Shown piece by piece: positions 48,404-58,631 of a DNA stretch of 64,000 bases (position 1 is the first letter of the stretch; every line of letters begins with the position of its first letter). Both the position numbers and the translations under genes were made by a program. The stretch covers positions 332 to 64,331 of the forward strand of contig JASLHF010000027.1 in assembly GCA_030152275.1 (NCBI GenBank), written 5' to 3'. The notes under the pieces are model-generated. The model was not told the origin of the DNA. It made no database searches and saw nothing but the letters and a program-made list of their open reading frames with translations. Origin of the DNA: Acinetobacter sp. GTDB taxonomy: Bacteria; Pseudomonadota; Gammaproteobacteria; Pseudomonadales; Moraxellaceae.

Positions 48404-48853
48404 GTGGGTTTTAATTTTAGAAAAAGTCTGAAGATAGCACCGGGTGTACGTTTAAATATTACGAAAAAGGGTGTTTCAAGTATTTCACTAGGCGGTAAGG
48501 GCGCACGTGTAAACCTTGGCAAAAAGGGAACAAGAACAACAGTGGGGATGCCTCGTACTGGTCTTTCATATAGCAGCTTTAGCCCTAAGCAGGTAAAGAA
48601 GGACACTGCTCGAAGTAAGCCTGTAAGGTCTAGTATGCAAATGAATATGTCGCCAGTAAGATCACAAATACCTCCATTACCATTTATGCAAAAGTTTGAG
48701 CGGAAGGTTTCGATTCTTTTAGGCATTGGGATCTTTCTGATGCCATATATTTTTGCATGGTTTACTTTGCGTGAAGGCTATTCAAAGCCAGCAAGGTTTA
48801 TAAGTTTTGGCTGGCTTGTATTTATAGTTTATTTGAGTATGCAACAACCTTGA
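48404..48853 (+). CDS. DUF4236-like membrane protein
   Basis: FRKSLKIAPGVRLNITKKGVS...GLSY; two C-terminal TMs. Confidence 0.8.
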   Translation: MGFNFRKSLKIAPGVRLNITKKGVSSISLGGKGARVNLGKKGTRTTVGMPRTGLSYSSFSPKQVKKDTARSKPVRSSMQMNMSPVRSQIPPLPFMQKFERKVSILLGIGIFLMPYIFAWFTLREGYSKPARFISFGWLVFIVYLSMQQP

Positions 48854-48863
48854 GTAATGCTTA

Positions 48864-49346
48864 ATGAAAAAAATATTTCTCCAACTATGTCTAATCCTGT
48901 TGCCATCATTTAGTTATGCTTTTGATGGCTTAGAATTACACGAAGAAGAGTTTCATCCATTAGCAAAGAAATATGTAAATATTGAAACTCTTAATGTAAG
49001 AAATAAGCCTGAAAATGGGGAAATTGTAGAAAAGTTAGCAAGAGGTGATGCCGTTCTAATTTATGATAGAAAAGATAATTGGGAAAGGTTATCAAAAGAA
49101 TTTGAGAGTCCTAAATGGGTTTTATCAAAATATTTATGCACAGTTGAAAACTGCTTTCTTAAAGGTGATATGTATTCCAAAAGTGCTTTGAAGGATACTT
49201 ATTCCTCACCTATAAAGAGTCAATCCAGCACAAGAGTAAAAAAAACATATTCTAGTGGTTGTTCTTGTAGTTCAGGATCGTATTGTTATGGTCCAAGAGG
49301 TGGTCGTTATTGTTACACTTCTGGGGGAAATAAGAGTTACCGTTAA
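48864..49346 (+). CDS. Secreted SH3 domain protein
   Basis: LNVR..P...WV...YL; C-terminal CYGPRGGRYC. Confidence 0.8.
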   Translation: MKKIFLQLCLILLPSFSYAFDGLELHEEEFHPLAKKYVNIETLNVRNKPENGEIVEKLARGDAVLIYDRKDNWERLSKEFESPKWVLSKYLCTVENCFLKGDMYSKSALKDTYSSPIKSQSSTRVKKTYSSGCSCSSGSYCYGPRGGRYCYTSGGNKSYR

Positions 49347-49361
49347 AAATAAAGAAGCACC

Positions 49362-50258
49362 TTAAGGTACTTCTTTATTTTTAACTTCACTTTTAAACGC
49401 TTGAGCCATGGTAGTCATAGTCTCCAATGCATCTTTGGCGAAGCTAACATCAGCATTCTTTAAGAGGTAAGTTTCTGGCCATTTAATTTCTGAACTAAGT
49501 TGCTCTAACAGGATAGTAAAATCTTTATCACCTTTTTCAGATGAAACAAGATATATAAGCATGTATTTATCAAAAATTGATTTAATTTTGGTGAGATAGG
49601 TTGAGGTATCTGAAAAACTTTTATATTGGCGTAAATACCAAGCACTGATAAATTCAATAAATATAAATACCAATGATGTCGAGATGATCCCGTATATATG
49701 TTGTGATTTGAATTCTCCAATTGTGCTGATAAAAACTTGCCAAATAATTGTAGCCAAAATGAAAAATACAATGCCAATAATAGAAAACCTTTTACCGTTG
49801 TCTAAAAGTAAAGAAGCTTTTTTATCAGAATCAATAGCTTTAATTTCTAAGTAATTAATAACGCTAATAAAGTATTCAGAGAATCCAACTATTGATTTTT
49901 GAGTTGTTAAACTATTTTCATTTTTTTCACTAATAGTGATATCACCAGTATTATTAACGATGTTAATAACTCTGTTTTTGCTTTCTTCATCAATATCGCT
50001 TAAGTTTTTGTTTGAAACTGTTGTTTGTAATTTTATTTCAAAGAATAAAACCATTAGTATTGGAAGGAAGAAGTAAAAGGGTAAATTTTCCTTCATATAA
50101 TCTATAAAACTAAGTTTTTCTTGAAGAAAGTAAAAGAATAGATTTAATGTTAGTAATGCACCTAAAATTAAAATCAATACTCTATAAACTATAATTCGCT
50201 TAGGGTTTTGAAAAGCCTGTACTAAGGATTCAATTATCTTATTTCCTAAACTACTCAT
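49362..50258 (-). CDS. AT-rich four-TM membrane protein
   Basis: Two TM pairs; downstream of the Arc-like gene. Confidence 0.7.
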   Translation of the reverse strand: MSSLGNKIIESLVQAFQNPKRIIVYRVLILILGALLTLNLFFYFLQEKLSFIDYMKENLPFYFFLPILMVLFFEIKLQTTVSNKNLSDIDEESKNRVINIVNNTGDITISEKNENSLTTQKSIVGFSEYFISVINYLEIKAIDSDKKASLLLDNGKRFSIIGIVFFILATIIWQVFISTIGEFKSQHIYGIISTSLVFIFIEFISAWYLRQYKSFSDTSTYLTKIKSIFDKYMLIYLVSSEKGDKDFTILLEQLSSEIKWPETYLLKNADVSFAKDALETMTTMAQAFKSEVKNKEVP

Positions 50259-50356
50259 TTTTATTTATTACCCCAAAACTATCAGTTTTCTACGCAAATT
50301 TATTGGTATCAACATCAAAAATTTAACTTCGCTTTACCCCAAAAAACTAACTTAAC

Positions 50357-50671
50357 TTAGTTTTCTTCACTTTTTTTTGACATTGCTTTTGATGCCTTTG
50401 CCAAGGCTTCAGGATCAACTCCTTCTTCCAAAAGATTAGATATAAGTTTGCTTAAAACATTATTCAGGCTATTAGTAAGAATAGCTTGTGATTCTTGTGT
50501 CGCAGTAAACTTACCAAGCTTGTTTGCTTCATCTATTGAGAAACTATCTTCCAGCCGAGCCACAATATCCGCATTCATTGAGCGATTCAGCTCTTTAGCA
50601 GACTCTGCAATCTTATCTTTTAGTTCTGGAGGTAAGCGTAAATTGTATGCAACACCTAAATGTTTACCCAT
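50357..50671 (-). CDS. Arc/Mnt-family ribbon-helix-helix repressor
   Basis: YNLRLPPELK..I..SA...RSMNADIV.RL. Confidence 0.88.
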   Translation of the reverse strand: MGKHLGVAYNLRLPPELKDKIAESAKELNRSMNADIVARLEDSFSIDEANKLGKFTATQESQAILTNSLNNVLSKLISNLLEEGVDPEALAKASKAMSKKSEEN

Positions 50672-50693
50672 GACTTCATCCTGAAAAATTCTG

Positions 50694-50744
50694 TTGACAT
50701 GGTATCAAGTGGACATATATATTTGCAATATGTCCAGTGGACAT
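50694..50744 (+). promoter_or_regulatory. Antirepressor promoter with TGGACAT operator half-sites
   Basis: TTGACA-18-TATATT; TGGACAT at 50710 and 50738, ATGTCCA at 50730. Confidence 0.65.
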
Positions 50745-50821
50745 TATTTTAAATAAAAAATACCCCGAACATTCTTGGCGGAAGACGGGGTATCTACCAA
50801 TTATTTTCGAGAACAATTGAT

Positions 50822-51637
50822 ATGAACAGTCTAACATTTAATTCAATGCAATTTCATCCAATTCAGCGGAATGATGATCAAATCTGGATTACATCCTCTG
50901 ATCTTGCTCGCGCTTTAGGATATGCACGTGAAGATTCAGTTTCACGTATTTATGACCGTAAGGCAGATGAATTTACTTCTGATATGACATTGACCGTCAA
51001 ATTGACGGTCAATGGAATTAATGAAAGTGTACGTGAAAAAGAAACACGTATCTTTTCATTACGTGGGGCACATCTCATCACATTCTTCGCCCGTACACCA
51101 GTTGCTAAAGAATTCCGCAAATGGGTACTCGACGTGCTTGAAAAAGAAGTCCTGCAACAGCAAATCGACACTCGCGTAAAAATCAACGCTGAGCAACAAG
51201 CTGAACTCAAAGAAATTGTCGACCGACGTACCCAAGGCGAACGCAAACTTCATGCAGAAATGTGGTCACGTCACAACAAACACTTCCGCATTACACGCTA
51301 TAGCGATTTATTGGCCATTCATTTCCAAGATGCAGTGAATTACCTAGAGACTTTAGAAATCAAGTCAAAAGGGAGCATCTATATAGATGAAAAACAATCA
51401 TTAGAAATGCTGTGCGTACATGCTCGATTCTTTCAAGCATGGTGGAATACCCATAGCCCAGCATTGGCCAAACTCAATCCAGCACTGGTGAGTATGCTTA
51501 ACGATAATATGTTCTCGATGAGTAGTGCCATATCAAGCGTGAGTAAAAAAAGCGGATTCACCATGCCAAACTATGATTACGACCACATGTTTGAACTACA
51601 GACGCTACCGCATGCAAGATACAGATTGCTGAAATAA
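50822..51637 (+). CDS. Phage antirepressor (BRO-N type)
   Basis: W.T..DLARALGY, RIFSLRGAHL...ARTPVAKEFRKWVLD. Confidence 0.88.
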   Translation: MNSLTFNSMQFHPIQRNDDQIWITSSDLARALGYAREDSVSRIYDRKADEFTSDMTLTVKLTVNGINESVREKETRIFSLRGAHLITFFARTPVAKEFRKWVLDVLEKEVLQQQIDTRVKINAEQQAELKEIVDRRTQGERKLHAEMWSRHNKHFRITRYSDLLAIHFQDAVNYLETLEIKSKGSIYIDEKQSLEMLCVHARFFQAWWNTHSPALAKLNPALVSMLNDNMFSMSSAISSVSKKSGFTMPNYDYDHMFELQTLPHARYRLLK

Positions 51638-51667
51638 TAAATAGACCGTCCGAAAGGGCGGTTTTTT

Positions 51668-52342
51668 TTATTGTTCACACTCCAATTTTGATTCAGCCCA
51701 ACGTTTACAATTACAGCGCGGACATTGATCATGTAGGGAGCTAATGAATTGGGTTTGACCGCACAGCATACAGGAATAAAACTTTTGCGAATCATGTAAC
51801 TTTGACTTTTGATAGTCATCAGGAAATATAGGCAATCCCCATTTAATTTTTTCCTTAGAATAGGGGATCACACTCAAACAACCATCAGTTTCAAGTAAAG
51901 CTGACTTAACTTGACCAAGGTGTTCGATTTTATTTTGTCTTAGTTCAGCAAAGAACTCATCATAAGAATATTTTTCTTGTTTGATATCCTCAACAATCAA
52001 TAAGCCTTCTTTGACGATATACATTGGCCTACCTTCTAGCATTGTTTCAAATGAATCTGATTTCATGATGAGGTAAGTAGTTAATCTATATAGAAGAATA
52101 ATTACAGCAAATACAATCAGTGCTTGTATGATAGGAATATCATCATTAAACATCGGATCGCCAGCGGCAGAACCCAAACTTAAAATGATGGCTAACTCAA
52201 ATACTGAAAGTTGCCTGACACCTCTTTTACCTGAAAATCTTAAAAAAATAATAATTAAGATAAACATAATGATGCATCGGAAAATGATTTCTAATGCAAA
52301 AGTAAAAGAAGTGTCATGCAGAATTATTTTTATAAAGTCCAT
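51668..52342 (-). CDS. DUF421 (YetF-like) membrane protein
   Basis: R.SGKR...QLS.FE....LGSA, LE.DG.LSVI; C-terminal CxxC pair. Confidence 0.85.
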   Translation of the reverse strand: MDFIKIILHDTSFTFALEIIFRCIIMFILIIIFLRFSGKRGVRQLSVFELAIILSLGSAAGDPMFNDDIPIIQALIVFAVIILLYRLTTYLIMKSDSFETMLEGRPMYIVKEGLLIVEDIKQEKYSYDEFFAELRQNKIEHLGQVKSALLETDGCLSVIPYSKEKIKWGLPIFPDDYQKSKLHDSQKFYSCMLCGQTQFISSLHDQCPRCNCKRWAESKLECEQ

Positions 52343-52382
52343 GCTTAATACATTTTATTAATTCTAGTTTTTAAGTTGTGGT

Positions 52383-52673
52383 TTACATCTTTTCCCAAGC
52401 ATCCTTGATTGCATGCTTAGCATGTTCCCACTTCAAACGAGAATCAGCTTTAAATTCTTCCCATTTGGTTTTTAGATCTGGCTCCGAATCCTCAAATCGA
52501 GCATTTTCACCATACAGATGGCGTTCACGTTGTCCAAGCTCATATGCCGATCTCAAGTCTCGATCATAATCAATGTCGGGGACTTCACGCTGTAAGTCAC
52601 CATAGTACGGTCTATTAGAGTAATCCGTACGCCAGTCATGATGGATTGGATGTTCATTTTGATGGTCGTTCAT
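52383..52673 (-). CDS. Hypothetical hydrophilic protein
   Basis: GGAG RBS; AYE.G...F...E..L...W...SRL.W..AK.A..DAW. Confidence 0.7.
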   Translation of the reverse strand: MNDHQNEHPIHHDWRTDYSNRPYYGDLQREVPDIDYDRDLRSAYELGQRERHLYGENARFEDSEPDLKTKWEEFKADSRLKWEHAKHAIKDAWEKM

Positions 52674-52765
52674 TGTAATAACTCCGATTAATTAGTTAAT
52701 AAATTACAAAAGCAGTGATCCCTGGGCTGCTTCTGTAAATTAAAAAATTACTGTTGTTACTTTGA

Positions 52766-53053
52766 CTATCGATCTTGCTGACGTTGTTGATCAGACTGTT
52801 GGTTCTGTTGTCGTTGCTGATTGTTTTGCTGTTGAGGTTGTTGCTGCTGTTGCTGATCGTTTTGCTGACGCTGTTGATCAGATTGTTGGTTCTGTTGTCG
52901 TTGCGGATTGTTTTGTTGTTGCTGCTGTTGTTGATCATTTTGCTGACGCTGTTGATCAGATTGCTGATTTTGTTGGTGTTGAGGTTTTTGAGTATCGCCA
53001 CGTTGGTGCTGTAGACGAGTATCATTATTTTGATCTTGGTTATAGTTAGACAT
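52766..53053 (-). CDS. Gln-rich repeat protein (hydrophilin-like)
   Basis: AAGGA RBS; three QQNQQSDQQRQQ repeats; terminator-like hairpin downstream. Confidence 0.7.
   Translation of the reverse strand: MSNYNQDQNNDTRLQHQRGDTQKPQHQQNQQSDQQRQQNDQQQQQQQNNPQRQQNQQSDQQRQQNDQQQQQQPQQQNNQQRQQNQQSDQQRQQDR
52775..52985. repeat. Imperfect tandem repeat (three units)
   Basis: Recurrent TGCTGACG(C/T)TGTTGATCAGA. Confidence 0.8.
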
Positions 53054-53248
53054 AATACTGTTCCTTTAAAGATTAATTAGATAATCTACTCAATCACAGT
53101 AGATCAATTATTAATAACATGAATACTTGAATAAATAACTTTTAAAATGTTACGTAATTTTTTTATTTTATAATTTCTTTAATTAAATTATTTCTTTTAT
53201 TGATTTATAAGCAATTTAAATATTATTTTATTTACACAATGTTAACAA

Positions 53249-53716
53249 TTAACTATTCTTTAATATTATTTTTAATGATTTACATATATTTTTATAAAGT
53301 GTCTTTAATTTTGCTTTAGGTCGTCCTTTGGTGAGTATCTCAAACTGATAATATGTATTTTTATAAAATATACAATAAAAGAAAGTCCCTACTGGCTTTT
53401 GTTTAGTCTCAGATCCCCCGCGTTTAAGCAAACCAGTGCATGATATGTAAATATCAGATTTATATATGCTTTTACCATTAGTAATTAATTGCTTTGTTAC
53501 TTCGGGTGACTCTGCTGTGTGTTCATCAATTATTGATTGTTTTATTTTAAATAATTCCTTTTTAAAATTTAGGTCATAGCAGACAATCCCGCCATCTAGT
53601 ACGTCACCAGAGTATTGATCTTGTGAGATTTTATAAGCGATATATCCGGCACTTGCACTTTCAAATAAACAAATTTTAAGTTCTTTCTTTGCTATAAGTT
53701 TAAAAACAGAGTTCAT
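53249..53716 (-). CDS. CinA C-terminal domain protein
   Basis: ESASAG.I, GIVCY...K, AES.EV, TG....G.E...PVGT. Confidence 0.8.
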   Translation of the reverse strand: MNSVFKLIAKKELKICLFESASAGYIAYKISQDQYSGDVLDGGIVCYDLNFKKELFKIKQSIIDEHTAESPEVTKQLITNGKSIYKSDIYISCTGLLKRGGSETKQKPVGTFFYCIFYKNTYYQFEILTKGRPKAKLKTLYKNICKSLKIILKNS

Positions 53717-53957
53717 AATTAAATCCTCTTATTTGTTTATCATAATAATTAATATTTAATTTCAATGTTGTGAGCGATTTCGCATTTATAAATTTTGTTA
53801 CTAATATATTAATTTTTATTGAAATCTATAAGGTTATGTTTTGAAAGGCGAAATAGCTATAGGATTACAAGCTGTTAACTTGAGTTAAATAAAAATAACA
53901 AAGCAAAGAATTATGTGAATTATGTTTGATTAGTCTTATTACCGCGAGAGAACTATA

Positions 53958-55358
53958 ATGCCGACAGCAGTAAAAGAAAGAATAATACATCTAATTACTA
54001 AAGATCATCAGAAATATTATGAAATTGTTGAATTCTTTTTAGATCCAGCGATATCCCAATCCGCTAAGGAATTAAAGTCCTTTCATATACTTGAAAATGA
54101 GATTCAAAGCATTCGTACTGAAGATATTGATATGCCAGAGGATCTGAATTTGCTGGGTGAGTGGATTGACCAAAAAAATCGTACTCAATGTGAGCACTAT
54201 AAAGAATATTTAGAAAGACGGGAAAATGGAGCGGGGAGAGAGTATTTTTCTAACTTAAGTAAGGCCTATGAGTTTCTATATAAGGTTGCACCAACAAAAA
54301 AAGTTGATGGTTCATGGCTATATAGTATGACTCAGTATTGGAATGATCCAGTTTTTAGAGATTTCATACAAATATATTTAGAAGAGTTAGGACTTGGTTC
54401 TGAGAAAAGTAACCATGTAAGCATGTATAACACAATATTGTTAACGCATGGTTTGGACCAGCTCTCAATAAACCTACCTGATGAATACTATCATCAAGCA
54501 GCAGTACAGCTTGCGCTTGCGTATGCACCCTCAGAATTTATACCTGAAATAGCTGGATTTAATTTAGGTTACGAACAGCTGCCATTACATCTATTAATAA
54601 CGAACTATGAATTAAAAGAGCTGGGGATTGATCCTCAGTATTTTAATGTACATATAACAATAGATAATTTTGATAATGGACATGCCAAGCTCGCAACAAA
54701 TGCCGTAAAAAAATTAGCAAGCCATTATAGGTCTCAAGAAGAATTTTTTAGAAAACTAAAAATTGGTTATCTGCTAAATGATAAAGGCATTAGTTCAGTC
54801 AAAATTATTAAAAACTTATGCTCTGAAAAAATGGTTTTAGAGATATTTAAGAAGAAAGCATTAGTTGGCAAACACATGCATAACAATAAGTGTAAATTCA
54901 ATAATAAAACGACAAATGAGTGGTTATCTGCAGAAGATGAGATAGAGGATTTTATTTTTGAGTTGATCAAAATAGGCTGGATTAAACTCAATCAACCACC
55001 TGAAGAAAGCAAATTTTGGAACATGATTCATAATGACGACGGTAAGATGTTTGGTGTATTCAGTGCAGTTGAAAAAACGTTTATTTATGATTGGATTGCT
55101 GGAAATTCCAAAAATCCTAAGCACAATCTAATAAATAAAGAGTTTGTTAAAAACTTCTTAGAAACGAGTACATTTAGTTATTTGGCTAACCATGAATTGG
55201 CTGAACTAAAAAAACAGATGGCTAGTAGCACCAATGCAGGGTACAAGATCAACAAGCTTTTAAAATACTTAGCACCACATATGCATCATCAAGAAATAGG
55301 GTTGTGGAGTACTCAGCGCATCGTGGAAAATTTATTTCCATCTCTGGCTCGTACTTAA
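53958..55358 (+). CDS. Iron-containing redox enzyme (heme-oxygenase-like)
   Basis: VDGSWL, EELG.G...NH, GYEQLP, H.TIDN...GHA. Confidence 0.85.
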   Translation: MPTAVKERIIHLITKDHQKYYEIVEFFLDPAISQSAKELKSFHILENEIQSIRTEDIDMPEDLNLLGEWIDQKNRTQCEHYKEYLERRENGAGREYFSNLSKAYEFLYKVAPTKKVDGSWLYSMTQYWNDPVFRDFIQIYLEELGLGSEKSNHVSMYNTILLTHGLDQLSINLPDEYYHQAAVQLALAYAPSEFIPEIAGFNLGYEQLPLHLLITNYELKELGIDPQYFNVHITIDNFDNGHAKLATNAVKKLASHYRSQEEFFRKLKIGYLLNDKGISSVKIIKNLCSEKMVLEIFKKKALVGKHMHNNKCKFNNKTTNEWLSAEDEIEDFIFELIKIGWIKLNQPPEESKFWNMIHNDDGKMFGVFSAVEKTFIYDWIAGNSKNPKHNLINKEFVKNFLETSTFSYLANHELAELKKQMASSTNAGYKINKLLKYLAPHMHHQEIGLWSTQRIVENLFPSLART

Positions 55359-55401
55359 ATTAAAACCTAGTTCTAAGTTCAATCACTTTTATATTGATTT
55401 A

Positions 55402-55426
55402 TAGACCGCCTTCGGGCGGTTTTTTA
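55402..55426 (+). terminator. Intrinsic terminator
   Basis: ACCGCC-TTCG-GGCGGT plus T run; resembles those at ~51642 and ~487. Confidence 0.7.
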
Positions 55427-55507
55427 TTGATATACGATAATTTAAAAGATAAAAATAAATATATGTTTATTAATAAAAAAATAAAATAAGTGTAAGTTTT
55501 TCTCAAA

Positions 55508-55716
55508 AGTATACAAATTTTGAAATAATTTAATTAAAATAAATTTGTATACTGATTTGTATACACTCTCACTACTAACCACTCCAATTTACTGCATTCC
55601 TATACAACTTTAAAAAGTTCATAAGGTGTTGTTATTACAAGGTAATAAGGCTGTATGCAACCTATTCCAATCCAACACAAACTCAGTGGATTCTACTTCT
55701 TCTACTACGCCATTGT
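55508..55716. other. attR: arm sites, IHF-like site and recoded 5' MFS segment
   Basis: ATTTGTATAC tandem at 55543 and 55555, inverted copy at 55508; TAAGGTGTTGTTA at 55622; core within 55700-55716. Confidence 0.85.
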
Positions 55717-56812
55717 CGGTACATTTATGCCGTTTTGGAACCTCTATTTAGAAGATCAGGGTTTCAGTTACTCTCAAATAGGCATTTTGGCCTCCATTGC
55801 CATTATCACCCGTTTTTTTGCGCCATTTATTTGGGGCTGGATAGCAGATAAATCCGGAAAACGCATGCTGCTGGTGCGTATAGCAACATGGATGGAAGCC
55901 TGTATTTGGTTCATGATCTTTATTATCCCCAATAGTTTTCAATCCATCGCACTATTGATGCTGATTTTTAGTTTTTTTCAAAATGCAATTTTAGCTCAAT
56001 TTGAGGGTGTGACTTTATTTTGGCTGGGGAAACAGCGTGCAGCGCTATACGGAAAAGTGCGCAAATGGGGTTCTGTTGGCTTCATTGCTGGCGTATTTGG
56101 CATTGGCAGTCTATTGGAAATTATCCCGATATCAATGCTGCCGGTATTGCTGCTGTGCATCGCTTTCTTGGCCTTTCTTTGGTCATTCAGCATTCAGGAA
56201 CCGGTTAATGCGCCAGCCTCGCAAAAAAAACTTGAACCATTGCTCCCAATTTTAAAGCGGCCGGTGGTTGCCAGTTTTTTTCTTATTGAGTTAATTTTGC
56301 TGTTTTCACATGCACCATTTTACAGCTTCTATACAAATTATTTGCATCAGTCAGGTTTTAGTACTGCTCAGATAGGACTGCTCTGGTCTGTAGGTGTTAT
56401 TGCGGAAATTATAATGTTTGCGGTCGCACATATATTATTTAAGCGCTTTTCTTGGCGCCTGCTGGTAGCGGTATGCTTAGTGCTTACTTCACTGCGTTGG
56501 ATGGCGGTGGGATATTATCCTGACAGTTTCAGTTTGCAGTTTCTGGTGCAGACTATTCACGCTTTTAGTTTTGGCTTATTTCATATGATTGCCATGCGTG
56601 TGATTTTTCAAAATTTTTCTTCTGGGCAGCAAGGCCGTGGACAAGCTCTTTACAGCACAATGTGGGGGCTGGGGGTAGCTGCTGGAAGTGTATTGGCTGG
56701 GCATTATTGGGAAGTGCTTTCAGGTTCAACCATATTTATGTTTGCTGGTATTTCAGCATTAATAGGGTTGCTATTTTTGGGCGGTTTGCCTAAAACGATT
56801 CAGTCCGCTTAA
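55655..56812 (+). CDS. MFS transporter (HcaT/LacY-like), the integration target
   Basis: About 12 TMs; WG.IADKSG.R, YGKVR.WGS.GF. Confidence 0.9.
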   Translation: MQPIPIQHKLSGFYFFYYAIVGTFMPFWNLYLEDQGFSYSQIGILASIAIITRFFAPFIWGWIADKSGKRMLLVRIATWMEACIWFMIFIIPNSFQSIALLMLIFSFFQNAILAQFEGVTLFWLGKQRAALYGKVRKWGSVGFIAGVFGIGSLLEIIPISMLPVLLLCIAFLAFLWSFSIQEPVNAPASQKKLEPLLPILKRPVVASFFLIELILLFSHAPFYSFYTNYLHQSGFSTAQIGLLWSVGVIAEIIMFAVAHILFKRFSWRLLVAVCLVLTSLRWMAVGYYPDSFSLQFLVQTIHAFSFGLFHMIAMRVIFQNFSSGQQGRGQALYSTMWGLGVAAGSVLAGHYWEVLSGSTIFMFAGISALIGLLFLGGLPKTIQSA

Positions 56813-56949
56813 ATGAGTTAACTATGCTCAGTTATTTTTGATATAAGCAGATCGGAAATGATACCTTATGAAGAATATATGTTTTGTTAAGCATGGGTAT
56901 TCAGAATTTCTGCTGATTCTAAGCGATGCAGGTGGATGCTCATCTTCGT

Positions 56950-58377
56950 TTAGCTTTGCATAATGATTTGATTTCGGCCTTGCTGTTTGGCTTGGTATAA
57001 CGCCTGATCAGCCTGATTGATGAGCGTTTGCAGGTTTTTTTCATTGGCCGTATTTTGATGGGTTATTCCCATGCTTACGGTAATATGTACTTTCGTGCTG
57101 TGATTAATCGGCATAGGCGTTTGTTCGACGACATTGCGTATACGCTCTGCGATTCTATTCGCATCGTCATAATTAACACTCTTTAAAAAAATAATAAATT
57201 CTTCGCCGCCCATGCGGGCAAATAAATCATCATCACGAAGGTTTTCTGTTACAGTTTTTACAAACTGCTGCAGCACCAAATCACCCGCATAATGGCCATA
57301 GGCATCATTTAAATTTTTAAAATGATCAATGTCGATCATCACAATTGAAAAAGGATAATTTTTCTCATCGTTGATGATTTCTTCACTTTTTTGGAAAAAA
57401 TAGCGCCGGTTCATTGCGCGTGTAAGGCTGTCATGATTGGCGAGATACAGAACTTGCTTATATAAATCATGACGGTTTTGACTAATAATGCACAAAATAA
57501 GCGGTGCAAGGCTCAGCATACACAGTCCAATACGTACTGAAATGGCAGTAGATAAATACGCGCTGGAAGACTCAGATAAATACAGCTGATTGAGGCTGTG
57601 ATATGTCACCAAAAGAACAGCAAAATTGATCATTGCTACGGTAAATAGGTGGTAGGTTAACGCTGCCCAAATCAGCGCGGCAAGTGGATAAAGCAGGGCG
57701 CCCGGGCCTGAGAAAAAATAGGTTAGGCTAACGCAAATAATAATAGCGATCAGCGGAAAAATATTTTGTCCTGAAAAACGGTTGCTGCGGCGCTCTTTTA
57801 GCACATATTTGAGTTTTTCCAGCGTTGGAAATGCCAAAATTACCGGCATTACTAAAATTGCATTGACCATTTCTCCGGTCCACCACATACCAAAATCGAT
57901 CCATAGACGGCCGGTAGACATAAAAGTATTGGGAACATAAGGAATGGTAAATACTGCAACGAGCGCGCTTGCGAAGCAGCCTCCAAATGAGCAAATCGCA
58001 AATAAATGTAAAAACGTAAAGCCTTTATTGTAGTTGCGGTAATTAATATAAAAAAAATGAATCAGAAATAACGATACAGCAGTATTAATTAAGTTGGCCA
58101 ATGTCAAAAAAAAGGTCAGTTCCAGATGATTTCCTGTGACTAAGTCTGCCAGCATGTATCCGGAAAATGCGCCAATCCATCCGCCGGCATTGTTTAATTG
58201 CGGAAAGCGTAAAAAAAATGCCAGCATGGCCGCATTGGCTGGCCAAAAGAATGCGAGAAACGATAAAGGCCGCGTAAAAATACCCAAAAGGCAACAAAGA
58301 AAAATAATACAGCCAATAATTGCAAAAGCTTTAGCTAAAGGAGCTATTTTTATATTTGGTATGTCTAGGGTCTGCAA
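56950..58377 (-). CDS. Membrane-bound diguanylate cyclase
   Basis: FFWPANA membrane sensor; HDSLT, DIDHFK..ND.YGH..GD, GGEEF. Confidence 0.92.
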   Translation of the reverse strand: MQTLDIPNIKIAPLAKAFAIIGCIIFLCCLLGIFTRPLSFLAFFWPANAAMLAFFLRFPQLNNAGGWIGAFSGYMLADLVTGNHLELTFFLTLANLINTAVSLFLIHFFYINYRNYNKGFTFLHLFAICSFGGCFASALVAVFTIPYVPNTFMSTGRLWIDFGMWWTGEMVNAILVMPVILAFPTLEKLKYVLKERRSNRFSGQNIFPLIAIIICVSLTYFFSGPGALLYPLAALIWAALTYHLFTVAMINFAVLLVTYHSLNQLYLSESSSAYLSTAISVRIGLCMLSLAPLILCIISQNRHDLYKQVLYLANHDSLTRAMNRRYFFQKSEEIINDEKNYPFSIVMIDIDHFKNLNDAYGHYAGDLVLQQFVKTVTENLRDDDLFARMGGEEFIIFLKSVNYDDANRIAERIRNVVEQTPMPINHSTKVHITVSMGITHQNTANEKNLQTLINQADQALYQAKQQGRNQIIMQS

Positions 58378-58631
58378 GTCGGTAAATTCCTTTAGAATTA
58401 GCCTATTTATGATCTACTTTTGGCTTGAGCCATATACATTGATATTAAACGATCTATACGTTGGGAGTGTGGAGAAATTATGTATAGTTTTCATATTTCT
58501 GACGAATATCTTCACTCAATAGATAGTGTTGGATTCTTGAAAAAAGGATTGTTATAAAATAGTGATAAATGAAGGTTTTATAAAAAAATGTGGTAATTTA
58601 GAACGCATAGTGAATATGACTGAACAAACGT

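Larger units (their letters stand above)
767..55716. mobile_element. Temperate tailed prophage, ~54.9 kb, apparently complete
   Basis: att duplication at both ends; integrase, immunity, replication, packaging, head, tail and lysis genes in canonical order. Confidence 0.95.

Noticed and set aside
52696..53049. Three extra long ORFs (Asn-rich, Val/Ala-rich, Leu-rich) over the Gln repeat
   Set aside because: CAA/CAG repeats lack stops in other frames; only the Gln frame has a clear RBS and ATG
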